Source of the DNA: an uncultured Actinomycetes bacterium
Lineage (GTDB): Bacteria; Actinomycetota; Thermoleophilia; RBG-16-64-13
Direction: 5' to 3'
Assembly: GCA_963706025.1 (NCBI GenBank)
Contig: CAVPLM010000005.1
Coordinates: 896,001-960,000, forward strand
DNA: 64,000 nt
Under the pieces are notes generated by a model. The model did not search any database. It was not told the DNA's origin and was given only the letters and a program-made list of their open reading frames with translations. Below are positions 50,282-60,806 of the stretch, one piece after another (position 1 is the first letter of the stretch; each line of letters starts with the position of its first letter). The translations under genes were made by a program, and so were the position numbers.

Positions 50282-52532
50282 ATGATCAGAGAAGAGGGTG
50301 TGCAGGTGCACCGGATGGGCGCCTGGTCTCCGGGGCCTGGCTGTCATGGCGGATGCGGACTCGAGTTCCACGTAAAAGATGGAAAGGTCATCAAGGTGGA
50401 AGGTGACCCCGAGCATCCCTGGTACCAAGGAAGGGTTTGCCCCAGGGCCCTGGCCATGACCCAGTTCATCTACCACCCCGACCGCCTGCGGCATCCACTC
50501 AAGAGGATGGGGGAGCGAGGAGAAGGCAAGTGGCAGGAGATCTCCTGGGAGGAGGCCTTCGACACGTGTGAGAAGCGTCTGCAGAGAGATCGCCGAGAAG
50601 TGGGGTCCCGAGTCGGTGATCTTCTCCCAGGGGACCGGCAGGGATGTCGGGGGACCGATCGTGATGCTGGCCTATGCATACGGTAGCCCTAACTGGACGA
50701 TGTGGGGCCTGTCGGGGCACTCGTGCTTCACCCTCGACTGGCTGCCGGCTATGTGATCCAGGGAGACTTCACCTTCCCGGACTACGCGCAGTTCTTCCCC
50801 GAACGCTACGAGAACTCGGAATACGTGCCTCCCAAGTGCCTCGTACTATGGGGTCGCTCGATCGGTCGCGGCTGTTCCGACCACTACACGGCGGATCACT
50901 GGGTGATCGACGTGATGCGACGCGGAGCCAAGGTGATCGTCGTCGACCCGCGGGAAACCTGGATGGCGACTCGTGCCGACCTGTTCTTGAGGATAAGACC
51001 GGGAACCGACAACGCCCTGGCCCTCGCTCTTATGAATGTCATGGTCACCGAGGATCTGGTCGACAGGGCCTTCATCGATGAATGGTGCCTAGGGCTACGA
51101 CGAGATGGCCGAGAGAGTGCGGGAGTTCACGCCCTGAGTGGGCGGAGCCTATCACCTGGATACCTGCGGAGAAGATCCGCGAGGCGGCGCGGATGTACGC
51201 GACAAACCGCCCCGCGGGTATCGAGATGGGGCGTCCGGTAGAGGGTGTTCCAGAGGGCACCCAGGCGACCATGAACATCCACAGGCTCATTGCCATCTCC
51301 GGAAACCTAGATGTGCCCGGTGGGAATGTCATTTGCCGCCCCGCCTATGGTGTGGCCACCTATCCGTTCTCCACTGAGGAAGTCATACGGCTTTACGGAC
51401 CCGACCTTCACTCGAAACTGAGCCAGAAGCGGATCGGCGCAGACAAATACCCCCTGGTCAAGAACTTCCGGGCCTGGGCCCAGGAGGACAGCCTTATCGA
51501 GCAGATGGAGACCGGCGAACCGTACGAGATCCACGGCTTGTGGATACAGGCCAACAACCCGCTGGCCAACCAAGCCCAAGATGTGAGACGCCACTACGAA
51601 GCTGCGAAGAAGCTCGATTTCAACGTGGTAGTCGACCTGTTCATGACCCCGACGGCCCAATTGATCGCTGATGTAGTTCTACCTGCCGCCACCCTCCCCG
51701 AAAAGGATTCGGTCTACTGCATCGGAGCCCCGCTCAATACCATCCACAAGATCATCGACGTTCCGGAGTGCAAGTCCGACTGGGAGATCGTCTTCACTTT
51801 GGCCAAACGCCTGAATCCTGAGGCGGTTCCCTGGGGGAACGTGAGGGAGATGCTGACGGACAGGATGAAGGCCTCCGGTTACTCCTTCGAGCAGTTGATC
51901 GAGAAAGTCTGGGATTTCGCTCCCAAAGGTCATAGGTGTGGCAGCCGCCCCTACCGAAGATACGAAGCCGGGCTGTTGCGCCCGGACGAGAAGCCGGGTT
52001 TTCGCACACCCACCGGCAAAGTAGAGCTCTACTGCTCCAGTTACGATGAATGGGGCTACGACCCTCTACCCTACTTCAAGAAGCTCGAACCCAGAGCGAA
52101 GAAGACACACCCGACGTCTTCAACGAGTTCCCGCTGATGATGATGACCGGACGGCGATCGCCCGTCCTGTTCCATAGCGAACACCGACAGATCCCCTGGC
52201 TGCGCGGATGTGACCCGGATCCGTTGGTGGAGATCAGCCTCAGACCGCAGCGGAGAAGGGGATCAAGACGGGAGACTGGGTGCTCATCGAAGGAACGATG
52301 GGAGAGTTCAAGAGGAAAGCCAAGGTCACTCCTATGATCGATCCTCGGACTGTGATGGTTCCTCATGCCTGGTGGTTGCCGGAAGAAGAGGATAGTAGCT
52401 CGAACCCATACAAGAGTATGGGACCTCAACTGCAATCAGCTGATCCCCATGGGCTACAACGATTCGTCCGGCTTTGGCGGTGGTCCTCTTTCCTATATGT
52501 TGGTAAGAGTCTCCAAGGCCGACGACATGTGA
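50282..52532 (+). CDS. Molybdopterin oxidoreductase, acetylene-hydratase-like (at least five frameshifts)
   Basis: GCHGGCG..VEGDP..CPR, YHPDRLRHPLKR, VVDPR, RPGTDNAL, DLFMTPTA..ADVVLP, TPTGKVE, HSEHRQ, HAWW. Confidence 0.85.
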
Positions 52533-52775
52533 GGACACCAGATCTGACTGAAGTGGTCAAAGAGGACGACCTAGAGGGGTATCCACAATGCCGCGCAGAG
52601 GACGATCATCCAGCCCCTTCCCAGTAGCCGGTCGACCCCACCGTCACCGAGGCGCTGTGCGCAGGTCGGAGGCCACCGGACCCAGTCCTCCTGTACACTG
52701 TGCCTCGCGCATTTTCTGCCCGGCGGCGGCGCCCGGGTTCGCCTTGTCACTCAAGCGCGATAGGAGGTTGACTTC

Positions 52776-53933
52776 GTGCGGACATTACGGAATGTCTTTC
52801 GACGCAAGCTGAGGGTCATGCTCACCATCTTCGGGATCACCATCGGCGTGCTGGCACTGGTGGTCATGGGCAGCATGGCCGAGAAGATCAACCTGCTCGT
52901 TTCCGGCGGCACCAAGTACTACTCCGACAAGGTGATCGTGGCGGCTGAGGGCTCCAACATGATGTCCAGCGGGCCGCTTTCTCTCGGCAAGTACGATGAG
53001 ATCAAGGCCGTTCCCGGGGTGGCCGAAGTCTCGGCGGAGATCGGCGCCCTGCTCGAGACCGACGCCTCTATCTCGTTCGGTATGCCCTCCATCCTTACGG
53101 GCAGCGACCAGCGCGGCCAGGAGCTGGAGAGCTTCGAGATCTCCTACGCGGAGGGCCGGGCTGTGCGTCCGGACGAGACCGGCGCCGTCGTCGTGGGCTC
53201 CGATCTGGTGAACAAACTCGGCGCCCGGGTGGGCGAATACGTCACCATACGGGGAGAGCAGTTCCTGGTGGTGGGGATACTCGACAAGACCCTGACCGCC
53301 CCGGACAGCTCGGTGTGGATGTCCCTCCCCGACGCCCAGCGGCTCTTCGTTCAGGACCTGCCGGAGATGATCAGGAGCCAGGTCGATCCGGCGGACCTCG
53401 TCACCTCGTTCGTCGTCTATCCCACCCCGGGCACCGACCCGGAGGAACTTGCCGTTGCCATCAACGAGGCCGTGCCCGGAGTCGAAGCTTCCGGCCCGAG
53501 CTTCTTCCAGGACCAGATCGCGAGCGCTACCCAGATCTTCAACGCCATCCTCTACGGCATCGCCATCATCGCCCTCTTCGTGGGTGGACTCTCGGTCATC
53601 AACACCATGACCATGTCGGTGAACGAGCGCACCCGCGAGATCGGGGTGCGCAAGGCCATCGGAGCCTCCGACGGCCAGATCGTGCGGCAGTTCCTGACGG
53701 AGGCCGGGGTCATCGGCCTGATCGGCGGGGTCTCCGGCCTGTTCTTGGGTTGGATCGCGGCCATCGTGGCCAACGCGCTGCTCGAGTCTTCCAACCTCAA
53801 CCTCTTCCAGGTCACTCCAAGGCTTGCCATCGGGGCGGTCGTGTTCGCCGTCGTCCTGGGCCTGGTGAGCGGGCTCTATCCCTCCCTGCACGCCGCCCGG
53901 CTGGAGCCGGTCGTCGCCCTCCGGTACGAATAG
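52776..53933 (+). CDS. MacB/FtsX-family ABC permease
   Basis: LTIFGITIGV, SVNERTREIGVRKAIGA, LEPVVALRYE. Confidence 0.92.
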   Translation: MRTLRNVFRRKLRVMLTIFGITIGVLALVVMGSMAEKINLLVSGGTKYYSDKVIVAAEGSNMMSSGPLSLGKYDEIKAVPGVAEVSAEIGALLETDASISFGMPSILTGSDQRGQELESFEISYAEGRAVRPDETGAVVVGSDLVNKLGARVGEYVTIRGEQFLVVGILDKTLTAPDSSVWMSLPDAQRLFVQDLPEMIRSQVDPADLVTSFVVYPTPGTDPEELAVAINEAVPGVEASGPSFFQDQIASATQIFNAILYGIAIIALFVGGLSVINTMTMSVNERTREIGVRKAIGASDGQIVRQFLTEAGVIGLIGGVSGLFLGWIAAIVANALLESSNLNLFQVTPRLAIGAVVFAVVLGLVSGLYPSLHAARLEPVVALRYE

Positions 53934-53939
53934 GAGCTC

Positions 53940-54626
53940 GTGATGCCAAGCGTCATCAAGGGAATAGACATCCATAAGCGCTACGTCATGGGCAAGGACA
54001 ACTTCGTCGATGCCCTTCGGGGAGCGTCGCTCGAGGTCGAAGAGGGCGAGATGATGGGGATCATGGGTCCCTCGGGCTCCGGGAAGTCCACGCTGCTCCA
54101 CATCCTCGGCTGCCTCGATACTTTGGACTCAGGGGAGGTGTGGCTGGCCGGGCGCCGGGTGGACCAGCTCGGCCGGCGCGATCTTGCCCTGCTGAGGCGG
54201 AACGAGGTGGGATTCATCTTCCAGACCTACAACCTGGTGCCCAGCCTGACGGCCATCGAGAACGTCATGTTGGCCGCGGAATACGCCGGGAAAGGGAGGC
54301 GCGAAGCCCGCGAAGCGGCGCAGAGCGCCCTCGCCCACGTGGGGCTCGCCGATCGGGAGCGGCACCGGCCCACCGAGCTTTCCGGAGGTCAGCAGCAGCG
54401 GGTGGCCATCGCCCGAGCCCTGGTCAACGGGCCCAAGGTCATCTTCGGGGACGAGCCCACCGGCAACCTGGATTCGGCCAGCTCTGCCGAGGTCGTCACT
54501 ATGTTGCACGGCATCAACCGCGACACCGGCACGACCTTTGTCATGGTCACGCACGACCCGGGAGTGGCGGAGACCTGCGACCGCGTGTTCCACATGCTGG
54601 ACGGGCTGATCACGAACTCCCACTGA
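53940..54626 (+). CDS. LolD/MacB-type ABC ATPase
   Basis: GPSGSGKST, LSGGQQQRVAIARAL, DEPTGNLD, VTHD. Confidence 0.93.
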   Translation: MMPSVIKGIDIHKRYVMGKDNFVDALRGASLEVEEGEMMGIMGPSGSGKSTLLHILGCLDTLDSGEVWLAGRRVDQLGRRDLALLRRNEVGFIFQTYNLVPSLTAIENVMLAAEYAGKGRREAREAAQSALAHVGLADRERHRPTELSGGQQQRVAIARALVNGPKVIFGDEPTGNLDSASSAEVVTMLHGINRDTGTTFVMVTHDPGVAETCDRVFHMLDGLITNSH

Positions 54627-54713
54627 GGGGCGGAAACGGCGCCCCGGTGGCGGTCCCGGCTCTGCCGGCGGTGCCGGACTACTCTTGGGCGCTCACTCGG
54701 CGAGGCGCGGAGC

Positions 54714-55571
54714 CTACGAGGTCCAGGTGTAGGCGACGATCGGGTTGTCCTCCACCCACGCCTCCATGGACCCATCGTAGATCTTGACGTTCGTGTATCC
54801 CAGCATCTGCGTGAGCAAGAACCACCAGGTGCTCGCGTAGCCACCGACACCGCAGTAGGTGATGACCTCCTGGTCCTTGTCCGAGCCTATGACGCCGGTC
54901 GCCATCTGCTCCAAGAGCTCGACCGGCCTGTACGTACTGTCCTTTTCCCACACCCAGATCAGAGGCAGGTTCCGAGCCGTCGGTATGTGTCCCCTCATGT
55001 CGGCAAAGGGGTCGACAGCCACCCCGAAATACTGGTCGGGGTCCCTCGCGTCGAGGATCACCGACCTGCCGATATGGTCCTTCACGTATTCGGTCGACAC
55101 GAACATGTCGCCATCGACGGCGCTGCTGTAGGGTATCGGAGTGACCTCGGGGGCTTCGGTCGTCGTTTCCCTGCCCTCTCTGTCCCACTTCGGATGCCCA
55201 CCGGCCAGGACGGCGACATTCCTGACTCCGGCATAGATGAGGGTGGCGGCGACTCTGACGGCATCCGCCAACGGATACGGCGGAGCCGGTGGCTCTTCCA
55301 CCCTGCCGACTATGACCACTTTGGACTCCGCCGTCAGTCCGCAGTCCCCTATCAGCTTGAGTAGATCCGCCTCGGGGGGTAACTCGAGGAGCAGCTTGTC
55401 GTCGGAATCCGCCCAGGCCGAGATCAGCCCGAAGGGGATCGAGATCGCACCCGGGATGTGGCCGGCTTCGTACTCCTCTTCCCACCTGATGTCGATGATA
55501 ACCAACCCCCCGCCGGGCAGTTGGGCTTCCAGCCATTCGGTGGAGACGATCGGGTCGATAGATCGTGCCAT
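54714..55571 (-). CDS. Two-domain rhodanese sulfurtransferase
   Basis: VSTEWL, YEAGHIPGA, GHIPTA, YCGVG, YDGSMEAW. Confidence 0.92.
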   Translation of the reverse strand: MARSIDPIVSTEWLEAQLPGGGLVIIDIRWEEEYEAGHIPGAISIPFGLISAWADSDDKLLLELPPEADLLKLIGDCGLTAESKVVIVGRVEEPPAPPYPLADAVRVAATLIYAGVRNVAVLAGGHPKWDREGRETTTEAPEVTPIPYSSAVDGDMFVSTEYVKDHIGRSVILDARDPDQYFGVAVDPFADMRGHIPTARNLPLIWVWEKDSTYRPVELLEQMATGVIGSDKDQEVITYCGVGGYASTWWFLLTQMLGYTNVKIYDGSMEAWVEDNPIVAYTWTS

Positions 55572-55719
55572 CCTCGTTAACCCCCTCGAGCGATCAGTGG
55601 CGCGTGACAACTGCAGATCTCAGACGCTTCAATCGTACCTCGCCAGGACCGCGGCGACCTCGTCCCCACAGACGCGCAGGACGACCGGCCAGAGAGGCTA
55701 TGTGTAGCAAGCTGTGTAG

Positions 55720-56013
55720 GTGTATACTATCTATGTGGCACTCTACAGAGCCCAGATACTCCTGGAGGATGACCAGCACGACCAGCTGGAGAGGCTGGCT
55801 CGCGACTCCGGCCGGAGCATGTCCGAACTGGTGCGCGAGATCATGGCTGAGTACTTCGCGCGCTCGTCAGAGGAAGAATCGGCGCGGCGATCTCTGGCGG
55901 CCGTGGACCAGCTCTCCGACCTGCGACGCGTCTTGGAGAGCAGGCACGGCCGGCTGCCTGCTTCGCTCCTGAACGAACTGAGAGAGGAGCGGGACGCGGA
56001 GCTGTCTCCGTGA
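55720..56013 (+). CDS. CopG/RHH antitoxin
   Basis: RAQILLEDDQHDQLERLARDSGRSMSELVREI. Confidence 0.8.
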   Translation: MYTIYVALYRAQILLEDDQHDQLERLARDSGRSMSELVREIMAEYFARSSEEESARRSLAAVDQLSDLRRVLESRHGRLPASLLNELREERDAELSP

Positions 56014-56049
56014 ACGCGGAGCTGTCTCCGTGAAAGCGGAGCTCTCCCC
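55994..56049 (+). repeat. 20-bp tandem repeat (two perfect copies plus one degenerate)
   Basis: acgcggagctgtctccgtga twice, then aagcggagctctccc. Confidence 0.9.
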
Positions 56050-56472
56050 ATGATGGTGCTCGATGCCGGGGTTGTCCTAGCGCTGGTGCTGCCTCTCCCC
56101 TTCTCCGACCAGGCTGCCACCAGGATCCGCTCGGCACGCTTGGTCCAGGAGGAGCTCTACGCTCCGGCCTTGCTCGAATATGAGGTCTGCTCCGCGCTCC
56201 GGCGAGCCGTTGCGCGCAGAATCCTTACCGAGGACGAGGCTGCCACCGCTCTTGATCTGATCGGCGCCATCCGCGTCCGCCCGATCACGCCCGCCTCCTC
56301 GCTCCATGCCCGTGCGCTCTCGTGGGCGGCCCGACTCAAGCACACGAAGGCTTACGACGCCCAATACCTGGCCCTGGCGGAGGAGATGGGCTGTGTTCTC
56401 TTGACGACGGACGGTCGTCTCGCTCGCTCGGCCCGGGCGGTCGGCGCCACCTGGGTCGAAGCACTCGGCTGA
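56050..56472 (+). CDS. vapC: VapC PIN-domain toxin
   Basis: VLDAG, APALLEYEV, AYDAQYLALA, LLTTD. Confidence 0.88.
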   Translation: MMVLDAGVVLALVLPLPFSDQAATRIRSARLVQEELYAPALLEYEVCSALRRAVARRILTEDEAATALDLIGAIRVRPITPASSLHARALSWAARLKHTKAYDAQYLALAEEMGCVLLTTDGRLARSARAVGATWVEALG

Positions 56473-56586
56473 GATAGAGCTCTCTCGCTTCGTTGGCCCG
56501 CATTCCCAGGGCCGCCCGACCGTAGCCGCTTCCAGCTCCGCGGCTGCGGCTTCTACCGTCGAGTCGCGAGGTGGACGCCCGCCCCG

Positions 56587-57420
56587 TCAGTCGCCCGAGA
56601 ACATGTCGAGCCTGGTGACGTTCGGCAGTTCGGCCAGCTTGGTGTGGATGAGATATGTGTAGGCGCCGATAGTGCTGTGCACCCGCTCCCCCTCCACCCG
56701 GGCAAAGAGCTCAGCCACGCAGTTCCCTTGGAAGAAGTTGAAAAGGAACGTCATCTGCGCGGTCAGTACCCCTTCGTTCCAATACAGGAGATAGACGCCG
56801 TCGGCGATCTTGAAAGCACGGTACTCCTCGGTGTCGGCCTGACCGGCCTGGGGCCCTTTGACCCCCATCCAGGTCTCGTAGACCCCGGTGAGGTAGATGT
56901 GCTCGTAGGCCACGTTGTGGGCGTAGGTGTTCAGAAACCGAGTGCCACCCAGCGAGAAGGGCGGGTGATACTCCGCCGGCCCCTCCGGTGTGACTTCCTC
57001 GACACGCGCACTCTCCACCGTGGAGACGATCCCTTTGTCGCCCATCTCTCCCATGACGACCGTGGCCACTCCTTTGGCCAGGTCCAGGGCCATCGCGACA
57101 GAACCCGTCTCAGTTGCCAGGTAGGAGACGAAGAAGATCTCGGGCGCGAGCTCGAAGGCTTCGTACGGAACGGCCGGGTGCCGGGCCGTCCCGGTGCCGC
57201 CCAACACCTCCACCTCCACTTCTTTGTCGCCGAAAACATGCCGCAGCCGGTCCGGCTTGTCGCGAAGAGCGAAGGTCAGAGTCTTGCCCGAAAGCCTATA
57301 TGAGTGGGGCGGCCGATTCTGCGCGTAGTCGAACTCAGGCTTGTCGGAGATGTTTTGCTTCAGAAAGGCCGAGCCCTGGGCCTCGAAGCTCTGCCGATCG
57401 TGTGCGTTTTGCTCGGTCAT
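56587..57420 (-). CDS. MoaF-like protein (phenolic acid decarboxylase fold)
   Basis: YEAFELAPEIFFV, AYEHIY, GQADTE, KIADGVYLLYWNE. Confidence 0.7.
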   Translation of the reverse strand: MTEQNAHDRQSFEAQGSAFLKQNISDKPEFDYAQNRPPHSYRLSGKTLTFALRDKPDRLRHVFGDKEVEVEVLGGTGTARHPAVPYEAFELAPEIFFVSYLATETGSVAMALDLAKGVATVVMGEMGDKGIVSTVESARVEEVTPEGPAEYHPPFSLGGTRFLNTYAHNVAYEHIYLTGVYETWMGVKGPQAGQADTEEYRAFKIADGVYLLYWNEGVLTAQMTFLFNFFQGNCVAELFARVEGERVHSTIGAYTYLIHTKLAELPNVTRLDMFSGD

Positions 57421-57488
57421 GGCGGTGATCCCTTTCTCGCGTGGTCGCAGCTCTGCGTCTGGTCGTGACTGTACGTGCGGTCGCAGCT

Positions 57489-58283
57489 CTAGGCCAGGGG
57501 CAGGTCGAACAGTCTCTTGGGGTTCTCCCAGGTCACCCGCTCGATCTCGCTCACCGGCATGCCGTCCATCTTCATCGCCCAGGCGGCCTTCACCAGGGAG
57601 AGGTGACCGGCGCCTCCGTAGCCCAGCTCCGAACCGATGATGATCTTGTCCCGGTCGTCCGGGTACTCACGGACGATCTCGGACGCCTCCTCCGCGGTGA
57701 GCTTGTCGTAGCAGATGCTGAGGCCCGTGACGCATCCGGACTTCAAGCGGATGGGGATGGTGTTCTTGCCGCTGTGGTCGAGGACCGCCTTCCCCAGCGG
57801 GTAGCCCTCCTCCTTGAGCACGTCGATGATCTGCGGGGTGACCTCCGGGGTCTGCGGCTCGCGGGGAGTGGGACTGTGCACGATGATGGGCAGGTCGTGA
57901 TCTTTCGCGATGGCCAACTGAGCCCGCAGGAGGTACTGCTCGTGGGCGTTGCCGGTGTCGAGGCCGATCTCGCCGATGCCGACCACCCGGGACTCCTTCA
58001 GGTATTCGGGCAGCTTCTCGAGACACTCGTCGTAACCTTCGCTGGTGATCCCGTAGAACGGCACGGCCAGGGCGACGTAGACATCGATCCCCATCGAGGC
58101 CGCGTACTTGACCATGTAGTCGAGCGTCTTCTCCCACAGCTCAAAGATGGTCTTGGGATAGAAAACGCCGCTCATCAGGTGGGGCGACGGAACGATGGCC
58201 GCCTCCACCCCACCCCAGGCCATCCGGAGGATGTCTTCCCCGGCCATCCGGTCCAGGTGCACGTGCGAGTCGAGCAGTCTCAT
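57489..58283 (-). CDS. TatD-family metal-dependent hydrolase
   Basis: DSHVHLD, GIGEIGLD, PIIVHSP, LDH, ENPKRLF. Confidence 0.88.
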   Translation of the reverse strand: MRLLDSHVHLDRMAGEDILRMAWGGVEAAIVPSPHLMSGVFYPKTIFELWEKTLDYMVKYAASMGIDVYVALAVPFYGITSEGYDECLEKLPEYLKESRVVGIGEIGLDTGNAHEQYLLRAQLAIAKDHDLPIIVHSPTPREPQTPEVTPQIIDVLKEEGYPLGKAVLDHSGKNTIPIRLKSGCVTGLSICYDKLTAEEASEIVREYPDDRDKIIIGSELGYGGAGHLSLVKAAWAMKMDGMPVSEIERVTWENPKRLFDLPLA

Positions 58284-58293
58284 CGTCTCCCTC

Positions 58294-60806
58294 CTATCCT
58301 TCCCACTTGGCGACTTCGATCAGTATCGAGTTAGGGGCGAAGCCCGCGACGTCTTTGGACAAGAACCTGTCCGAGGCCAACATGTTGACGCAACCGGCCC
58401 GGTCCACACTGCCGGGGACACCCGGTTGAATGGGGTCGTACTTGGCCGACGCTTCGTAGGCGTGGAGGGTGCCCGGCCTCACCCGGTGAGTCACGTGGGC
58501 CGCGCACAGGACCTGGGCCCGGTCGTTGTAGAGACGGATGACGTCGCCCTCCCTGATGCCTCTGAGCGGCGGCGTCATCGGGATGGATGCGGGCGGTCAG
58601 GTAGTAGTAGCCGTCGACCAGCATGCGGTGCCCGGGGATATCCCAGATCCACTCGGTATGGTCGTACATGGTGTGAAAGGAGAAACGGGGATGGGGCGTG
58701 ATGAGCTGGAGCGGATACTTCTTGGTCAGCTCCGCGCTCTCGTGTCCTTCCCAGCTCGGGATGTACCTCGGGACCAGAGGTCGTTCCGGATTGTCGGGAT
58801 CGAACTCCTTGAGACTCTGGGATTCGAACTCGATCTTACCGCTGAAGGTGGCAAGTTCTTTCCCTTTTTCCGTGTTGCGCTTGGGATTGCCGAGATCAGG
58901 GGTGTCACAGTCCCGGCCTTCATAGAACCAGCGTAACGCTGGAGTGGAGGTATAGGGTTCGGGCATGGGCACCAGATGATAGCCTTTGGCCTCGAACTCC
59001 TCCCACGAGACCAGGGAGGGCAGATCGGACCAGTCGAAGTACTTCTTGATCCACTCCTCCTCGCTGCGACCCTCGGTGTACTCCTGCTCCACCCCCAAGC
59101 GGGCGGCGATCTGAGAATAGATCCAGTAGTCGGACTTCGATTCCCACAGTGGCTCGATGCATTTCTGCATGTAGACGATCACCCGGCGGAAGTTGCTGCT
59201 GAAAGTGTCGGGGCTCATCCAGCCGCAGTTGCCGAACTCGGCGATGTCGTTCCTCTCCAGGTTGGTGCACGCCGGCAGGACGATGTCGGCGTACTGCGTC
59301 TCTCCGCACCACCAGCAATCCTGGTTGACCAGGAACTCCAGCTTCGGGCTCTGGTAGGCCCGCACCCATTTGTTCCCCTCCGCGAGGGTGCCGATGAACG
59401 AGCCCCCGTGCCGGTAGAACATCTTGATCTCGGAGTGGCCGGGCAGCGGGTACTCGTACGGGATGAACTGCTGCTCGAGCGATTTGGTGTTGAAACCCTC
59501 CCCCAGCCACTTGACCGGCGGATCGAGGATGCCGTCCGGGAAGAGGGTGCGGTAGATCCGCTGCTTCACCGGGTTGACGTGGATCGCGTCGCCCACCTGC
59601 TGCATGCCACCGTTCTCGAAGCCGGGGAAGCGGAAAGCGGAGTTGGAAGGCGAGCCCATAACCGCGCCCCAGATGTTCACTCCGGGCTTGCCCAGGCCCT
59701 GCATGGCCTGCAGCAGGACCATCAGCCGGGCCCACTCGTGGCCGTAGGCCTCGCGGCAGGCTCCCCCCATGCCGCCGCGCATGCCGGTGGAGAGGGTGGT
59801 GCGTTTGGAGGCCCATTCCCGGGCGAGCGCCCAGATGACCCGGGCCGGGATGTCGCACTTCTCCGCGGCCCACTCCGGGGTGCGGGCGACGCCGTCGACT
59901 TCACCGAGGACGCTCTTCTTGAACTCCTCGAAGCCGACGCTGTGGGTCGCCAGGTATTCCTTGTCGTACGTCCCGTCCCGCAGCCAGACGTAGGCGATGG
60001 CTTCGGCCAGGGCCGCGTCGGTGCCGGGTCGGGGAGCGATCCATTTGTCGGCCTGGATGCCGGCGGTGTAGTTGCAGTGAGGGTCGATGAAGATCATCTT
60101 CTTCCCGAGCTCCTTCAGCCACACCCGCCAGATGGCCGAATCCTGGCCGTTGTAGGCGCCCCGGTTGGTGTCGGGGTCGTTCGACCAGAAGACGATCAGG
60201 TCGGTGTTCTTCATCACGTCTTCGAGGAGGTCGAACTGCTCGGGTGGTCCCATCCTCCAGTAGAAGCCCCACACGTGGGCGGAGCCCCATAGCCAGCCCT
60301 CCCAGCTGTCGGGATTGTCGAAGTAGTCCGTGGCCCCGATCATCCTGAAGAAACGGTTGAGGGTGCTGCGGTGGGTGCCCATGCTCCCGGCGTTGTGGTG
60401 AGAGGAGCTCATGAAGGCTACCGCCTCCGGGCCGTAGTCCGGCGCGGATGCGCTTGAGCTCGTTGCCGACGATGTCGAGGGCTTCGTCCCAGCCGATGCG
60501 CACGTAGCCGGACTTGCCCCGGTTCTCGGGGTGGCGCTCGCCGTTGGGATCGAAGTCCGCCCTCCGCATGGGGTACTTGATGCGGTCGTCGCAGTAGACG
60601 CGGGCCTTCTCCGTCATGCCGTAGGGGGCGACGGTCTCCTTGCGCGGGGGGCTGAACTTCCTCCCCCCGGTCTCAATAGTCCAGGTGGGAACCTCTTCCT
60701 GCTCCCCGAAGACCAGCGGCCGGACGCGGATGATCTTGTCGTCTTCCACGTGGACGAGGATGGGGCCCCCGCCGTGGCCCAGGTTCGTGCAGACCCTCTC
60801 AGCCAT
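58294..60806 (-). CDS. Pyrogallol-phloroglucinol transhydroxylase-like Mo enzyme, large subunit (frameshifts near 60435 and 58570)
   Basis: GGPILVHV..KIIRVRP, SSHH, NPDSWEGW..WGF.WR.G, GGACREAYGHEWAR, QGLGKPG, PHPRFSFHT, PNSILIEV. Confidence 0.88.

Noticed and set aside
55994-56049. CRISPR array
   Set aside because: Repeats abut with no spacers and no cas genes are present.
57443-57490. ggtcgcagctct direct repeat between tatD-like and moaF-like genes
   Set aside because: Only two 12-bp copies; not distinguishable from a small local duplication.
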